NCBI GenBank assembly: GCA_946496065.1
Contig: CAMMFF010000004.1
Span: forward strand, 7,450-71,449
DNA from: an uncultured Clostridia bacterium
GTDB lineage: Bacteria; Bacillota; Clostridia; Christensenellales; UBA1242
Length of the DNA: 64,000 nt
Direction of reading: 5' to 3'
The position numbers and the translations under genes were made by a program. Positions 1 through 9,078 of this stretch are shown here, one piece after another. How positions within the stretch are numbered: position 1 is the stretch's first letter; the number at the start of each line of letters is the position of its first letter. The notes below the pieces were generated by a model that saw nothing but the letters and a program-made list of their open reading frames with translations, did not search any database and was not told where the DNA came from.

Positions 1-53
1 TCAACATCAATAAAGATATAAAAATTTGACAAAACTAAGAGTGGAGGAAAAAC

Positions 54-1394
54 ATGCTTTCAATCCCAAAAAGAAAAATTTATAAGAATGGCGCAACATT
101 AATATTTCGAAAATGTAAACGCAAACATACATCAGTCATTGCTGGCTTTGTTTTTGGAGAAAACAGAGACAAGTATCCAGAACCAACCGCCCACTTCTGT
201 GAGCACATGTTTTTCAAAGAAACAGAGAATCGAACCGCAGAACAACTCAAACAAGACATGATAAACACATTTTCCATGTATAACGGAAGAACCAGTCCAT
301 TCTACACTGAAATTGATTTTTGTCGTTCAAACAAAGCATTGGAATCATGTTTTAAACTTTCTGCCGAGATGCTTTTAAATACCAAATTTTCTGCCAAATC
401 AATTGCCACGGAAAAAGGTGTAATCAAACAAGAATTAGTGAGAAAATTAAACAATCCTGACGCAATTTCATATTTCACATTTTTGAGAGCAGTCTCCAGC
501 AAATATAACTCCAACACTGTCGTTTTAGGAAGTGAAGAAGAAATCGAACAAGTGTCAGCAAAACCTCTTAAAAAGTTCAAGGAAGAGACTTTTATTTCTC
601 AAAACTTCATCATCACAATTGAAGGCGGAATTTCTTTTCACAAAGCCAAACGACTTGCCGAAAAATACTTCATCAGCAAACTCAAAAGCAATCCAAAATA
701 TCCTGTTGATAAAAATATCACAAACAAAATTGACAGAGAAGGAAATCTTAACATTGAAAACTTTCCTTTCAACAAATCTAATTGTCGTCTTTGCATCAAA
801 CTTGATAAAGCTTTGGAATCAATGGAAACGGACAATCTTGCATCAATGCTGTGTTCAGTTTGCAACAGTTTAAATGGAAAACTAACATCAAAACTTCGTG
901 ACAATGGACTTGTTTACAGCGTCAATATGTGGGCAGACTGCATACCTTCAAACTACACAATAGGAATCAATTTTGGGTGCTCAAGCGATAATGTCAACAA
1001 AGTGATAACAAAAGTCGGAGAACTGTTCGAGGAATTACGAACCACCCCAGTTGAACAAACAATAATTGAAAAAATAAAGCAAAACAGAAAACTAAGCAAA
1101 GACGAAAGGATTCGAAACATATACCCAAGCTCACTATTCAGAGAATACCTATGCTATGGAGACATCATATTATCTCGCAAATATAAAAAAGAAAGTAAAA
1201 AGTTTTATGAGCAAATAACACCCGAGCAACTGCAAACATTCTGCCAAAAGGTCTTTTCTTCACCAGAAAATGTTTATGCTGCAATTTTGACAGATTCCAC
1301 CCCAGACAAATTTTATAGTTATGAAGAAATCCAAAAAATATTAACTTCTGCACCCCAAAAATCAAACAGAAGAAAACAAAAAAATTCAAAATAA
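54..1394 (+). CDS. M16-family zinc metallopeptidase (insulinase-like)
   Basis: 446-aa ORF. Inverted zinc motif HxxEH (HFCEH) lies near the N-terminus. GGAGG RBS about 6 nt upstream of the ATG. Confidence 0.8.
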   Translation: MLSIPKRKIYKNGATLIFRKCKRKHTSVIAGFVFGENRDKYPEPTAHFCEHMFFKETENRTAEQLKQDMINTFSMYNGRTSPFYTEIDFCRSNKALESCFKLSAEMLLNTKFSAKSIATEKGVIKQELVRKLNNPDAISYFTFLRAVSSKYNSNTVVLGSEEEIEQVSAKPLKKFKEETFISQNFIITIEGGISFHKAKRLAEKYFISKLKSNPKYPVDKNITNKIDREGNLNIENFPFNKSNCRLCIKLDKALESMETDNLASMLCSVCNSLNGKLTSKLRDNGLVYSVNMWADCIPSNYTIGINFGCSSDNVNKVITKVGELFEELRTTPVEQTIIEKIKQNRKLSKDERIRNIYPSSLFREYLCYGDIILSRKYKKESKKFYEQITPEQLQTFCQKVFSSPENVYAAILTDSTPDKFYSYEEIQKILTSAPQKSNRRKQKNSK

Positions 1395-1410
1395 GATCAA
1401 TAAATAAAAT

Positions 1411-1446
1411 AAAAAATACACTCAATCTTTTGAGCGTATTTTTTTA
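1411..1446. terminator. Bidirectional intrinsic terminator between convergent M16 peptidase and rplL genes
   Basis: Hairpin atacactca/tgagcgtat (1416-1424 / 1431-1439, one mismatch), flanked by an A-run upstream and a T-run downstream. Confidence 0.6.
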
Positions 1447-1483
1447 AACACAAAATCAAATTAATATTTTTATATTCTTTAAA

Positions 1484-1861
1484 TTACTTCAATTCAACAA
1501 CGGCGCCAGCTTCTTTGAATTTAGCTTCAAATTCTTTAGCTTGTGCTGCAGGAACGTTTTCTTTAACCATCTTTGGTGCGCCATCTACGATAGCTTTAGC
1601 TTCAGAAAGTCCAAGACCTGTAACTTCTCTAACAACTTTGATAACAGCGATTTTGTTTGCACCAACTTCTTTCAAGAATACGTTAAATTCGCTCTTTTCT
1701 TCTGCAGCTGGAGCAGCAGCACCAGCAGCTGGAGCAGCAGCAACTGCAACTGGAGCAGCAGCACTAACACCAAATTCTTCTTCCAAAGCTTTAACAAGTT
1801 CAGAAACTTCAACGATAGTCAATTTTTTGATTTCTTCAACAATATTTTTAATATCAGCCAT
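1484..1861 (-). CDS. rplL: 50S ribosomal protein bL12 (L7/L12)
   Basis: 125 aa starting [15 protein letters not shown], with an Ala/Pro-rich hinge and a C-terminal ...[19 protein letters not shown]. Confidence 0.97.
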   Translation of the reverse strand: MADIKNIVEEIKKLTIVEVSELVKALEEEFGVSAAAPVAVAAAPAAGAAAPAAEEKSEFNVFLKEVGANKIAVIKVVREVTGLGLSEAKAIVDGAPKMVKENVPAAQAKEFEAKFKEAGAVVELK

Positions 1862-1924
1862 TTTAATTATCTCCTTTTAAAAAACTCTATTTTTATGCGA
1901 TTTTTTGATTTAAGTCAGAAAAGA

Positions 1925-2440
1925 CTATTTTGTTGCAACCGCATTCAAAGCAACAACCAGCCCACGAGTTGGAGCTGAGAGAACTCTGCACAAACTTGAA
2001 GCAGTATTGTTCAAAGTTCCAAGAAGTTTTGCAATCAATTCTTCCTTTGATGGAAGTTTTGCAAGTTCCTCGATGTTGTGAGCGTCAACGCTAACACCAT
2101 TCAAAATTCCAAATTTGATAGCCATTTTCTTTGAATCGTTGATAAAGTCACAAACAATTTTAGCAGCAGCAACTTCATCTTCATATCCAATAGCAACAGC
2201 AGTAGTGCCTTCAAAGTAATTTACAGGACACTCAATACCAAGGTCAGAAAGTGCTTTCAACATCAAGCGATTTTTGTAAACTTTGTAATCACAACCGTTT
2301 TGGCGGAATTTTCTACGAAGAGCAGTATCTTCAGCAACAGTAATTCCACGGTAATCAACAAAGGCAATAGTTTTTGCTTTGGAGAATTTTTCTTTAATTT
2401 CTTCAACAACAAGTTTTTTAGCCTCTAAATTAGCACTCAT
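1925..2440 (-). CDS. rplJ: 50S ribosomal protein uL10
   Basis: uL10-like sequence (FVDYRGITVAEDTALRRKFR...). Start moved to the ATG at 2440, which has AGGAGG 7 nt upstream. The ORF-track extension to 2557 runs through the leader terminator. Confidence 0.93.
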   Translation of the reverse strand: MSANLEAKKLVVEEIKEKFSKAKTIAFVDYRGITVAEDTALRRKFRQNGCDYKVYKNRLMLKALSDLGIECPVNYFEGTTAVAIGYEDEVAAAKIVCDFINDSKKMAIKFGILNGVSVDAHNIEELAKLPSKEELIAKLLGTLNNTASSLCRVLSAPTRGLVVALNAVATK

Positions 2441-2609
2441 GTCCATACCTCCTTTTAATAAGATTTTGTGTTTATGAGCATTAAAAAATCTCTGTAACCC
2501 AGGAAAAGTCACAGAGATAGAAAAATCAATCACCATACTTTTCCTCGGCAAGCACACATAGAGTGTTTACGCGAAAACGCACTTGCGGTCTTCGGAAGAT
2601 TTTTAATAC
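2441..2609 (-). promoter_or_regulatory. Candidate ribosomal-protein L10 leader (autoregulatory transcription attenuator)
   Basis: About 170-nt 5'UTR between a consensus promoter and rplJ. It contains a 10-bp hairpin, tctctgtgac/gttacagaga (plus-strand coordinates 2489-2498 / 2508-2517), followed by a U-run (2483-2488). This position and layout match the Firmicute L10 leader. Confidence 0.55.
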
Positions 2610-2615
2610 TGCATT

Positions 2616-2644
2616 ATTATAACAGCAAAAGCACATTTTGTCAA
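2616..2644 (-). promoter_or_regulatory. Sigma-A type promoter of rplJL
   Basis: Perfect consensus on the minus strand: TTGACA (2644-2639), 17 nt spacer, TATAAT (2621-2616). Confidence 0.75.
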
Positions 2645-2659
2645 CAAATTTTGAAAAAT

Positions 2660-3295
2660 TTATTTTAAATTTAAAACTTTTTTAATATGTCTTTTAACAT
2701 TCTCAAGATTTGAATCAGTAAGAATAGGAATCAGATCATTAATTTCATTAATCCTTTTATCCCACCATCTGAATTTTTCTAACAAATCAATCAATTCATC
2801 ATCAAATCTTTTTTTGATTAATTTAATAGGATTTCCAGCAACAATGCTGTAAGGTTCAACATCTTTTGAGACAACACTATTGCATCCAATAACAGCTCCA
2901 TCTCCAACCTTTACTCCAGGCAAAATAGTCACATTTTGTCCAATCCAAACATCATTTCCAATAATTGTATCTCCCTTTAAAGGAAAATCTGTCAAAACCG
3001 GGATCTCCTGATTCCACCCATTAAAGATATAAAATGGAAATGTAGAAACAGAATTCATCTTATGGTTACAACCATTCATAATGAAATTCACACCAGAACC
3101 AATTTGGCAAAATTTACCAATAATCAACTTATCTCCGTAAAACTCATGATGAAAAGTTACACAACTTTGAAAATCACATCCACTATAATAAGAAAAATCT
3201 CCAACATCAATATTCTTTCTGGTTATGGTTGGTTTGATTAAAATAACATCTTTCTGTCCCTTTACAGGAAAAATTTCCAACGGATTCGGCTTCAT
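2660..3295 (-). CDS. vat: Vat-family streptogramin A / xenobiotic O-acetyltransferase (hexapeptide-repeat)
   Basis: 211 aa, collinear with Vat(D)-type enzymes: [11 protein letters not shown]..., [60 protein letters not shown] and the C-terminal WWD motif. GGGGAGGG RBS. Confidence 0.85.
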   Translation of the reverse strand: MKPNPLEIFPVKGQKDVILIKPTITRKNIDVGDFSYYSGCDFQSCVTFHHEFYGDKLIIGKFCQIGSGVNFIMNGCNHKMNSVSTFPFYIFNGWNQEIPVLTDFPLKGDTIIGNDVWIGQNVTILPGVKVGDGAVIGCNSVVSKDVEPYSIVAGNPIKLIKKRFDDELIDLLEKFRWWDKRINEINDLIPILTDSNLENVKRHIKKVLNLK

Positions 3296-3347
3296 ACTTC
3301 CCTCCCCTTATAAGTTTAATTCAGCCCAATAAATAGGGCTGAAATTT

Positions 3348-4244
3348 TTAAGTTAAATCACTCCAAGCATCAAAAATCAAATTAGTATTTGCTTTGACTG
3401 TTATTTTAATAATGCCCTGTTCTAACACATTTTGTCCTTCTCCGTTTGAACTTTTTGGATAATTTGCAACAACATAAACATTTGTTTCTTTCACTCCATC
3501 TGTTTGACTAACTTCAAAATAAACATCTGTAAAATACAGCTTCCCACCTGAATATTTTCCAGACCATTCATCATTATCTTTACCATAAAATTTAGAAGAA
3601 TAAATTTTTCCATTCTGATATGTGAAAACTTGTTCTTCTGCATATCTCAAACGAACAAAATATATGTTGTTTTGAATAAGAGAACCACCAGAGCCAATCA
3701 CGCTTGAAACTGAGTCACCAGTCTCTTCAATTGAATAACTAAACAAACTTCCACTGAAGATTGCTGAGATATATGGTTGGCTGAAAGCTTTGTTGTAAAC
3801 TTTCATAAAATCGTCATAACCTTGCTCGTCATAAGTGTATGAAACACCATTAGTGTTTCCAGGATATAATGCAACACTGTCAAAACCACTAACCATACAT
3901 CTTGGTTTCAAGCTCACAGGAACTGCCGCCAAAATAATAATGACAACTGCCAAAACAAAAGCAAATCCCATTCCAATAATTGTTGCAATTTTCTTATTTT
4001 GTTTCTTTTTTAAGAGTTTTTGAGTTTGAATTTTTGCATACAACTCATCATCAGAAAGCCCTTCATATTCAGACAAGTCTTCATATTTAGATTTTTTTGT
4101 CTTAGTTTTCTTGCTTTTAACTGCTTCCTTTTTTGTTTCATTCACAGGTTCTGCAGTTTGTTCTTGATTGTTGTCGTTTGCAACAGCCTCAACATTCTCT
4201 TTTTGTTCTTCATTTTGTGGTTGAATTGTATCTTTCTCTTCCAT
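3348..4244 (-). CDS. Hypothetical single-pass membrane protein, translationally coupled to ftsH
   Basis: 298 aa with an acidic/lysine-rich N-terminal region, one TM helix (IATIIGMGFAFVLAVVIIILAAV) and a ~165-aa external domain with no family I recognise. Its ATG overlaps the ftsH stop (TGATG at 4242-4246). Confidence 0.65.
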   Translation of the reverse strand: MEEKDTIQPQNEEQKENVEAVANDNNQEQTAEPVNETKKEAVKSKKTKTKKSKYEDLSEYEGLSDDELYAKIQTQKLLKKKQNKKIATIIGMGFAFVLAVVIIILAAVPVSLKPRCMVSGFDSVALYPGNTNGVSYTYDEQGYDDFMKVYNKAFSQPYISAIFSGSLFSYSIEETGDSVSSVIGSGGSLIQNNIYFVRLRYAEEQVFTYQNGKIYSSKFYGKDNDEWSGKYSGGKLYFTDVYFEVSQTDGVKETNVYVVANYPKSSNGEGQNVLEQGIIKITVKANTNLIFDAWSDLT

Positions 4245-6508
4245 CAGCCTTCCTCGTCATTTTTGTTATCTTTTTCTTCTTTCTTTTCAACCTCTTCAGT
4301 AGGTTTTTTGGTCGTTGTTTTTCTTGTTGTCGTTCTTTTTACTGTCTTTTCCTTATTTTCATCGACCTTCTCATCTTCTTTCTTTTCTTTATTTTCAACT
4401 TTTTTCGGTTCTTTTTCAGTTTTAGCAGAATCCTCTTGTGTTTGATTTAAAGATTTTTCAAACTCCAAAAATTCTTTCTTCAAATTATCAAGTTCTGCCT
4501 CAGTGATTATTCCCATTTTTACAAGTCTTTCACCTTCAGCAATCTTCTTTCGGAAACTTTCAAGTTTGTTAAATTTTTCTTTTTCCGCTCTTATTTTTGC
4601 TTCCTTTTCTTTCTGCTGTTTTTCTTTTTCTTCCATTATTTTGACAATTTCTTCTGTTTTCTTACCTGCCAAAACCATATCTACTTCTTCTTTGTAAATA
4701 GTTTCTCTAGCAAGCAAAAGTTTTGCCATTTCATGCAAGATTTCAATATTTTCAGAAAGAACATCTTTTGCTCTTTTATAGTTATTATTCAAAATTGACA
4801 TAATTTCATCGTCAGCAATTCCAGCAAGTTTTTCAGAGAAATCATTCTTTGTTTGATAATCTCTGCCAATAAACACTTGCGTTGAATCTCCAAGTGACAA
4901 AAACCCAATCTTCTTGCTCATACCCCAATCATAGACCATTGCTCTAGCAATTTTGGTTGCGTGTTGAATGTCAGAAGATGCACCACTTGTAATATCTTTG
5001 AAAATCAACTCTTCTGCAATTCGTCCTCCCATGCTCATCGCAATGGTGTCATTTGCTTTGTTATACGACATTGTCATATCGTCATTTTCAGGACGACTCA
5101 TTGTGTAACCACCTGCATTGCCACGAGGAATGATTGAAACTTCTTGAACATCTTCACAATGTTTCATCTTCTTTGCAACAATGGTGTGACCAGCTTCATG
5201 ATAAGCAGTAAGTTTTCTTTCTTTATCTGTCAAAAGTCTGCTCTTCTTTTGAGGTCCCATGATAACTTTGTTGATACCTTCAGTGATATCTTCCATGATG
5301 ATCTTTGGTCTTCCAGCTCTTGCTGCAAGGATTGCTGCCTCGTTCAACATATTTTCAATGTCTGCACCAGTAAAGCCTGTCGTGATTCTTGCCAAAACGT
5401 TGAAATCAACAGATTCATCAAGAGGTTTGTTTCTTGCATGAATTTTCAAGATGCCTTCTCTTCCCTTAACATCAGGAATGTGAACATAGATTTGTCTGTC
5501 GAAACGACCTGGACGCATCAAAGCAGGATCCAAAACATCACTTCTGTTTGTTGCAGCCAAAACGATGATTCCTTCGTTAGGTTCAAAACCATCCATCTCC
5601 ACCAAAAGTTGGTTCAATGTCTGTTCTCTTTCATCATTTCCGCCACCAAGTCCAGCTCCTCTTTGACGTCCAACAGCATCAATTTCATCAATAAACACAA
5701 TGCAAGGTTTGTTTTTCTTTGCTTGGTCAAACAAATCACGCACTCTTGATGCTCCAACACCAACAAACATCTCCACAAAATCAGAACCACTTATTGAGAT
5801 GAAAGGCACTTTGCTTTCCCCTGCAACCGCTCTTGCAAGAAGTGTCTTACCAGTTCCTGGTTGACCAACAAGCAAAACCCCCTTAGGGATTCTTGCACCG
5901 AGGTCAGTAAATTTCTTTGGATTTTTCAAGAACTCAACAATTTCTTGAAGTTCAGCTTTTTCTTCGTCCATTCCAGCGATGTCAGAGAACTTAACTTTGG
6001 ACATAGCATAAGACTTAACTTTTGTTTTGCCAAAGTTCATTGCTCCGCTGTTTGCCCCTTTAAGCATTCTAAAGAGCATCCAGAAGATGAAGATAGCAAA
6101 GCAAATATAAAGGATAGGCATCAAAACGTCCCAAAAACTTACACCAGCAGGTGCATAATCATATCTTACTGCCGTATCATTTTCTTCAATGTAAGTCACC
6201 AACTGACTTTTGAATTCCGAATCATATTTGAAATAATAGTCAGAATAGGTTGGAATTTGGTTTTCTTTATATTTTGAACCATCAATCAAAATATAGCCCG
6301 TTCCATTTTTGAAATAAATAAAACTTGCTTGCTGAGGTCCTTCTTCACTTGTGTAAGTTCCTTTAATCATGTCAAAAACTTCACTTTGAGTGAGTCTCAA
6401 GCCATTGTTTCCAAAATCAACAAACAGAAGTGAAAACAAAAGGACAATCACCAAAAGAACAATCACATAAGAAAGTTTAAAGCCTCCTTGTTGTTTTTTA
6501 TCGTTCAT
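4244..6508 (-). CDS. ftsH: ATP-dependent zinc metalloprotease FtsH with long K/E-rich C-terminal tail
   Basis: Walker A GQPGTGKT, an AAA second region of homology, and zinc motif HEAGH. Start set to the ATG at 6508 (AAGGAG 5 nt upstream); the track start at 6514 is GTG. Confidence 0.96.
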   Translation of the reverse strand: MNDKKQQGGFKLSYVIVLLVIVLLFSLLFVDFGNNGLRLTQSEVFDMIKGTYTSEEGPQQASFIYFKNGTGYILIDGSKYKENQIPTYSDYYFKYDSEFKSQLVTYIEENDTAVRYDYAPAGVSFWDVLMPILYICFAIFIFWMLFRMLKGANSGAMNFGKTKVKSYAMSKVKFSDIAGMDEEKAELQEIVEFLKNPKKFTDLGARIPKGVLLVGQPGTGKTLLARAVAGESKVPFISISGSDFVEMFVGVGASRVRDLFDQAKKNKPCIVFIDEIDAVGRQRGAGLGGGNDEREQTLNQLLVEMDGFEPNEGIIVLAATNRSDVLDPALMRPGRFDRQIYVHIPDVKGREGILKIHARNKPLDESVDFNVLARITTGFTGADIENMLNEAAILAARAGRPKIIMEDITEGINKVIMGPQKKSRLLTDKERKLTAYHEAGHTIVAKKMKHCEDVQEVSIIPRGNAGGYTMSRPENDDMTMSYNKANDTIAMSMGGRIAEELIFKDITSGASSDIQHATKIARAMVYDWGMSKKIGFLSLGDSTQVFIGRDYQTKNDFSEKLAGIADDEIMSILNNNYKRAKDVLSENIEILHEMAKLLLARETIYKEEVDMVLAGKKTEEIVKIMEEKEKQQKEKEAKIRAEKEKFNKLESFRKKIAEGERLVKMGIITEAELDNLKKEFLEFEKSLNQTQEDSAKTEKEPKKVENKEKKEDEKVDENKEKTVKRTTTRKTTTKKPTEEVEKKEEKDNKNDEEG

Positions 6509-6643
6509 ACACACTCCTTATTTTTACAAGTCAGTCCAAACCTAAGTTATATCTTTTGTACCCACAACTATATTCAGACCAAAACCACCAAATAAACATG
6601 CTTTTATAATGAGGTTTCATTTCTTGTAATAATATACTAGGAT

Positions 6644-6672
6644 ATTCTATCACAAAAGAAAAAATAATACAA
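6644..6672 (-). promoter_or_regulatory. Candidate ftsH promoter (extended -10)
   Basis: TTGTAT (6672-6667), 17 nt spacer, then TGa-TAGAAT (6652-6644). Implies a ~130-nt 5'UTR. Confidence 0.45.
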
Positions 6673-6730
6673 CAAAACAAAGGGTGTTTACAAAAAATTT
6701 TATGTCAAAATACCTATAAAAAATACGAAA

Positions 6731-7984
6731 TTATTTTGAATAAACTTTGACACTGACCTTAAAAACCATGTGACTTAGGTAGTTGTCTTCGTCTTCCAAA
6801 GAACTAAGGAATTTGTTGAAAGACTTTTTGTCTGAGTTGTGCATAATGGTGTAAAAATCAATCACATCAATCTGATTATCTCTCATAATTTCAACACCTT
6901 CCATAACAGACTTCCTAACTTTTTGTTCAATTGCCTCCAATGCTTCTGGCGTTATTGTGAAAAATTCCACATTCTCTTCAATCATACCATTTTTGTTTTC
7001 AACTTCTGTCAAAGTAAGAGACAACTCCATGTCAATTTGAAAAATTGGAATTCCGTTTTGGTATGTAACTTTGTTTCTCAGTCTTTTATCAAAGATTTCA
7101 AAAGTCAAGTTTGCTTCATCAAAATTTTCATCACTAAAATTTTCAATATCAATAGTCCCAGTGTTAAAATCCCCTCTAATCAAATTGATTTTTTCAATAT
7201 CTTTGCCAGAAATTTTCACTTTTTCCACAGCATCTTTCAACACGATTGTTTCTCCATTGTTGACAATTTTTTTCTCTTGTGAACTCTCTGCTTGACCCGT
7301 TTTGCTCTGAGTTCCACCGTTTCCATTTCCAGATCCACCAGAAGACGAGACCGCAAAGCCACTTGTGCTTTCATCTTCCAAAATAATGTAAGGAACAAGA
7401 CTGACTCTTGTAGGACCAAACAACCCTTTGAAAAAAGTTTCCAAAGTGGAATCAGTGGCATAAATGTATTCATTATTATATGTAATAAGTTCGCTCACTT
7501 TGATTGAACTTTGGCTGTCAAGTTGCTCGGCCACCTGCAAAAATTCTTTTGCAGAAGAATCTGTGATGACAAGTTTTGTGCTTGACGACATATGTCTGCT
7601 TCTAGATAAATAATCCAAAAATTTTGTGATGTCTTCATGAACCAACTCTTCATTCAAAACAATCAATTTGACATGAGAAAGCCCCACTTCCCTTCCAATG
7701 TGAAGACCAGCATAATCCATTGCTTCAGAAAGACTTTTCCCTTTTGCAGAAACCACTTTGTATGTTTCTGTGAAAGTTTGTTCAGCGATTGGAATAAATG
7801 TCAAAAGAGAGATTTCAAATTTGCTTTCTTCATCATCAGAACTGTCAATTCCGATGGCAGAAACAATTGCGTAGCGATTAATCTCTGCCGTCATACCCAA
7901 AGCATTAAAGCCATAAATGATTGTGATTAGAATAAAAACAAAAACCATGGGTGTCTTATAGATATTTTTCAAATATTCCTTCAT
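6731..7984 (-). CDS. Spore germination protein, Ger(x)C family
   Basis: Third gene of a gerA-type operon. Has the N-terminal hydrophobic segment followed by AIVSAIGIDSS, typical of GerxC. First ATG is at 7984; the track start at 7990 is TTG. Confidence 0.75.
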   Translation of the reverse strand: MKEYLKNIYKTPMVFVFILITIIYGFNALGMTAEINRYAIVSAIGIDSSDDEESKFEISLLTFIPIAEQTFTETYKVVSAKGKSLSEAMDYAGLHIGREVGLSHVKLIVLNEELVHEDITKFLDYLSRSRHMSSSTKLVITDSSAKEFLQVAEQLDSQSSIKVSELITYNNEYIYATDSTLETFFKGLFGPTRVSLVPYIILEDESTSGFAVSSSGGSGNGNGGTQSKTGQAESSQEKKIVNNGETIVLKDAVEKVKISGKDIEKINLIRGDFNTGTIDIENFSDENFDEANLTFEIFDKRLRNKVTYQNGIPIFQIDMELSLTLTEVENKNGMIEENVEFFTITPEALEAIEQKVRKSVMEGVEIMRDNQIDVIDFYTIMHNSDKKSFNKFLSSLEDEDNYLSHMVFKVSVKVYSK

Positions 7985-7986
7985 CT

Positions 7987-9078
7987 TCAATCACCTCGCT
8001 TTTTCCTGTGCTTGAAACACAAAAGCACAAGACAAACAAGAGGAACTATGATAAAAGAAATCACCGAGAAATACGGCAAAATATCCTCCCCGTAAAAAAC
8101 TGCCTTTTCAAGATTTAGAACCAAAAAGTTGATAAAAATCAAAAAGAGAAAATTGAATGTCAAAACAGAATAAATTTCATCAATTTTCCTAAACACAACA
8201 TTGAATGATGCCATAAAAGCCTTGAGATAAATTGCCAAATGGAAATAGGTGTAGATAATAATCACAATCATTGAAATGATATCAATTCTTCCAAGTCCGC
8301 CATACTCTTTGACATAACTCATAATCTCAAAAAGAGCATAAGGATGCATGAAAGATGTGTAAGTGTAAGAAAAAATGAAAACAACCGTAATTATTATAAC
8401 AACAATCATCGCACTTCCTGCAAATGAAAACAAAATCTTCCACTGCCCCTTTTTAATCTGAATTTTATCCATAAAAACAAACAAAAACAAAACATCTCCA
8501 AAGGAAGAAATGTGTTTAAATGCCGTCAACATAACATCAGAAAATGATGACTCAAAAAAAAGAGGCGTGCTTCCAATTCCAAAGAAGCCAACAACAATAC
8601 AAAACAATGTGACGACAACAATAACTGGGAAAAACAATTGAGCAGTTCTCCCCATGACTCTCAGTCCCGAAATTGCAAGATGATTAATAACAGGCAAAAA
8701 GCAGAATAAAAACAAAATATTGTCCGCTTCTTTATAAATCAAATTTCTAAAAAAAATGTAAGTAATATTATACAACAACACTGCCTTACAAATGAAAAAG
8801 ACCATTATTAATATGAAAACGATGTATGTAACCACTTTTCCAAGATGTTCTTTGATGATTTCTGCAAAAGACTGTGTTGGAAACTTTGTTTTTACCTTAT
8901 AAAACAAAACAAGAAGTCCCAATTCCAAGGCAAAAAGAATGACAGGAATGAAAAAGGCTTCCACCTTTGCACCATCATAGAGCAAAGACGGCAAAACCAA
9001 AATTTTGTTGGCAAAGAGAAGAATAAACAAAAGTATACCAATTTGCCAAGCGTTAACACTCTTATCTTTCACTATCAT
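7987..9078 (-). CDS. Spore germination protein, GerAB/GerKB family (APC-superfamily permease-like)
   Basis: 363 aa, polytopic, with N-terminal ...NAWQIGILLFIL typical of GerxB. Overlaps the gerA-like stop by 17 nt. Confidence 0.85.
   Translation of the reverse strand: MIVKDKSVNAWQIGILLFILLFANKILVLPSLLYDGAKVEAFFIPVILFALELGLLVLFYKVKTKFPTQSFAEIIKEHLGKVVTYIVFILIMVFFICKAVLLYNITYIFFRNLIYKEADNILFLFCFLPVINHLAISGLRVMGRTAQLFFPVIVVVTLFCIVVGFFGIGSTPLFFESSFSDVMLTAFKHISSFGDVLFLFVFMDKIQIKKGQWKILFSFAGSAMIVVIIITVVFIFSYTYTSFMHPYALFEIMSYVKEYGGLGRIDIISMIVIIIYTYFHLAIYLKAFMASFNVVFRKIDEIYSVLTFNFLFLIFINFLVLNLEKAVFYGEDILPYFSVISFIIVPLVCLVLLCFKHRKKRGD

Noticed and set aside
2441-2557. N-terminal extensions in the ORF track. 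Examples are rplJ to 2557, ftsH to 6514, the SpoIVFB-like gene to 25476, the cyclase to 23926, ytfJ to 56531, the ytfI-like gene to 57158, the SpoIIM-like gene to 29793, and pgsA, cinA, rluB and dac.
   Set aside because: The extensions start at GTG or TTG, or at ATGs without an RBS, and they run through terminator hairpins or leaders. They add Cys/His/Phe-rich sequence not found in the protein families. Internal ATGs with AGGAG-type RBS, start-stop coupling or a promoter-adjacent (leaderless-type) ATG fit better.
6625-6660. A dif-like (XerCD) site resembling the Bacillus dif core, TCCTAG...TATATTAT, in the ftsH upstream region.
   Set aside because: Only the TCCTAG block and an AT-rich centre match. 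The right arm (TTATGTAAACT) is not recovered, at roughly 5 of 11 positions. The segment is better explained as the extended -10 promoter TGaTAGAAT.
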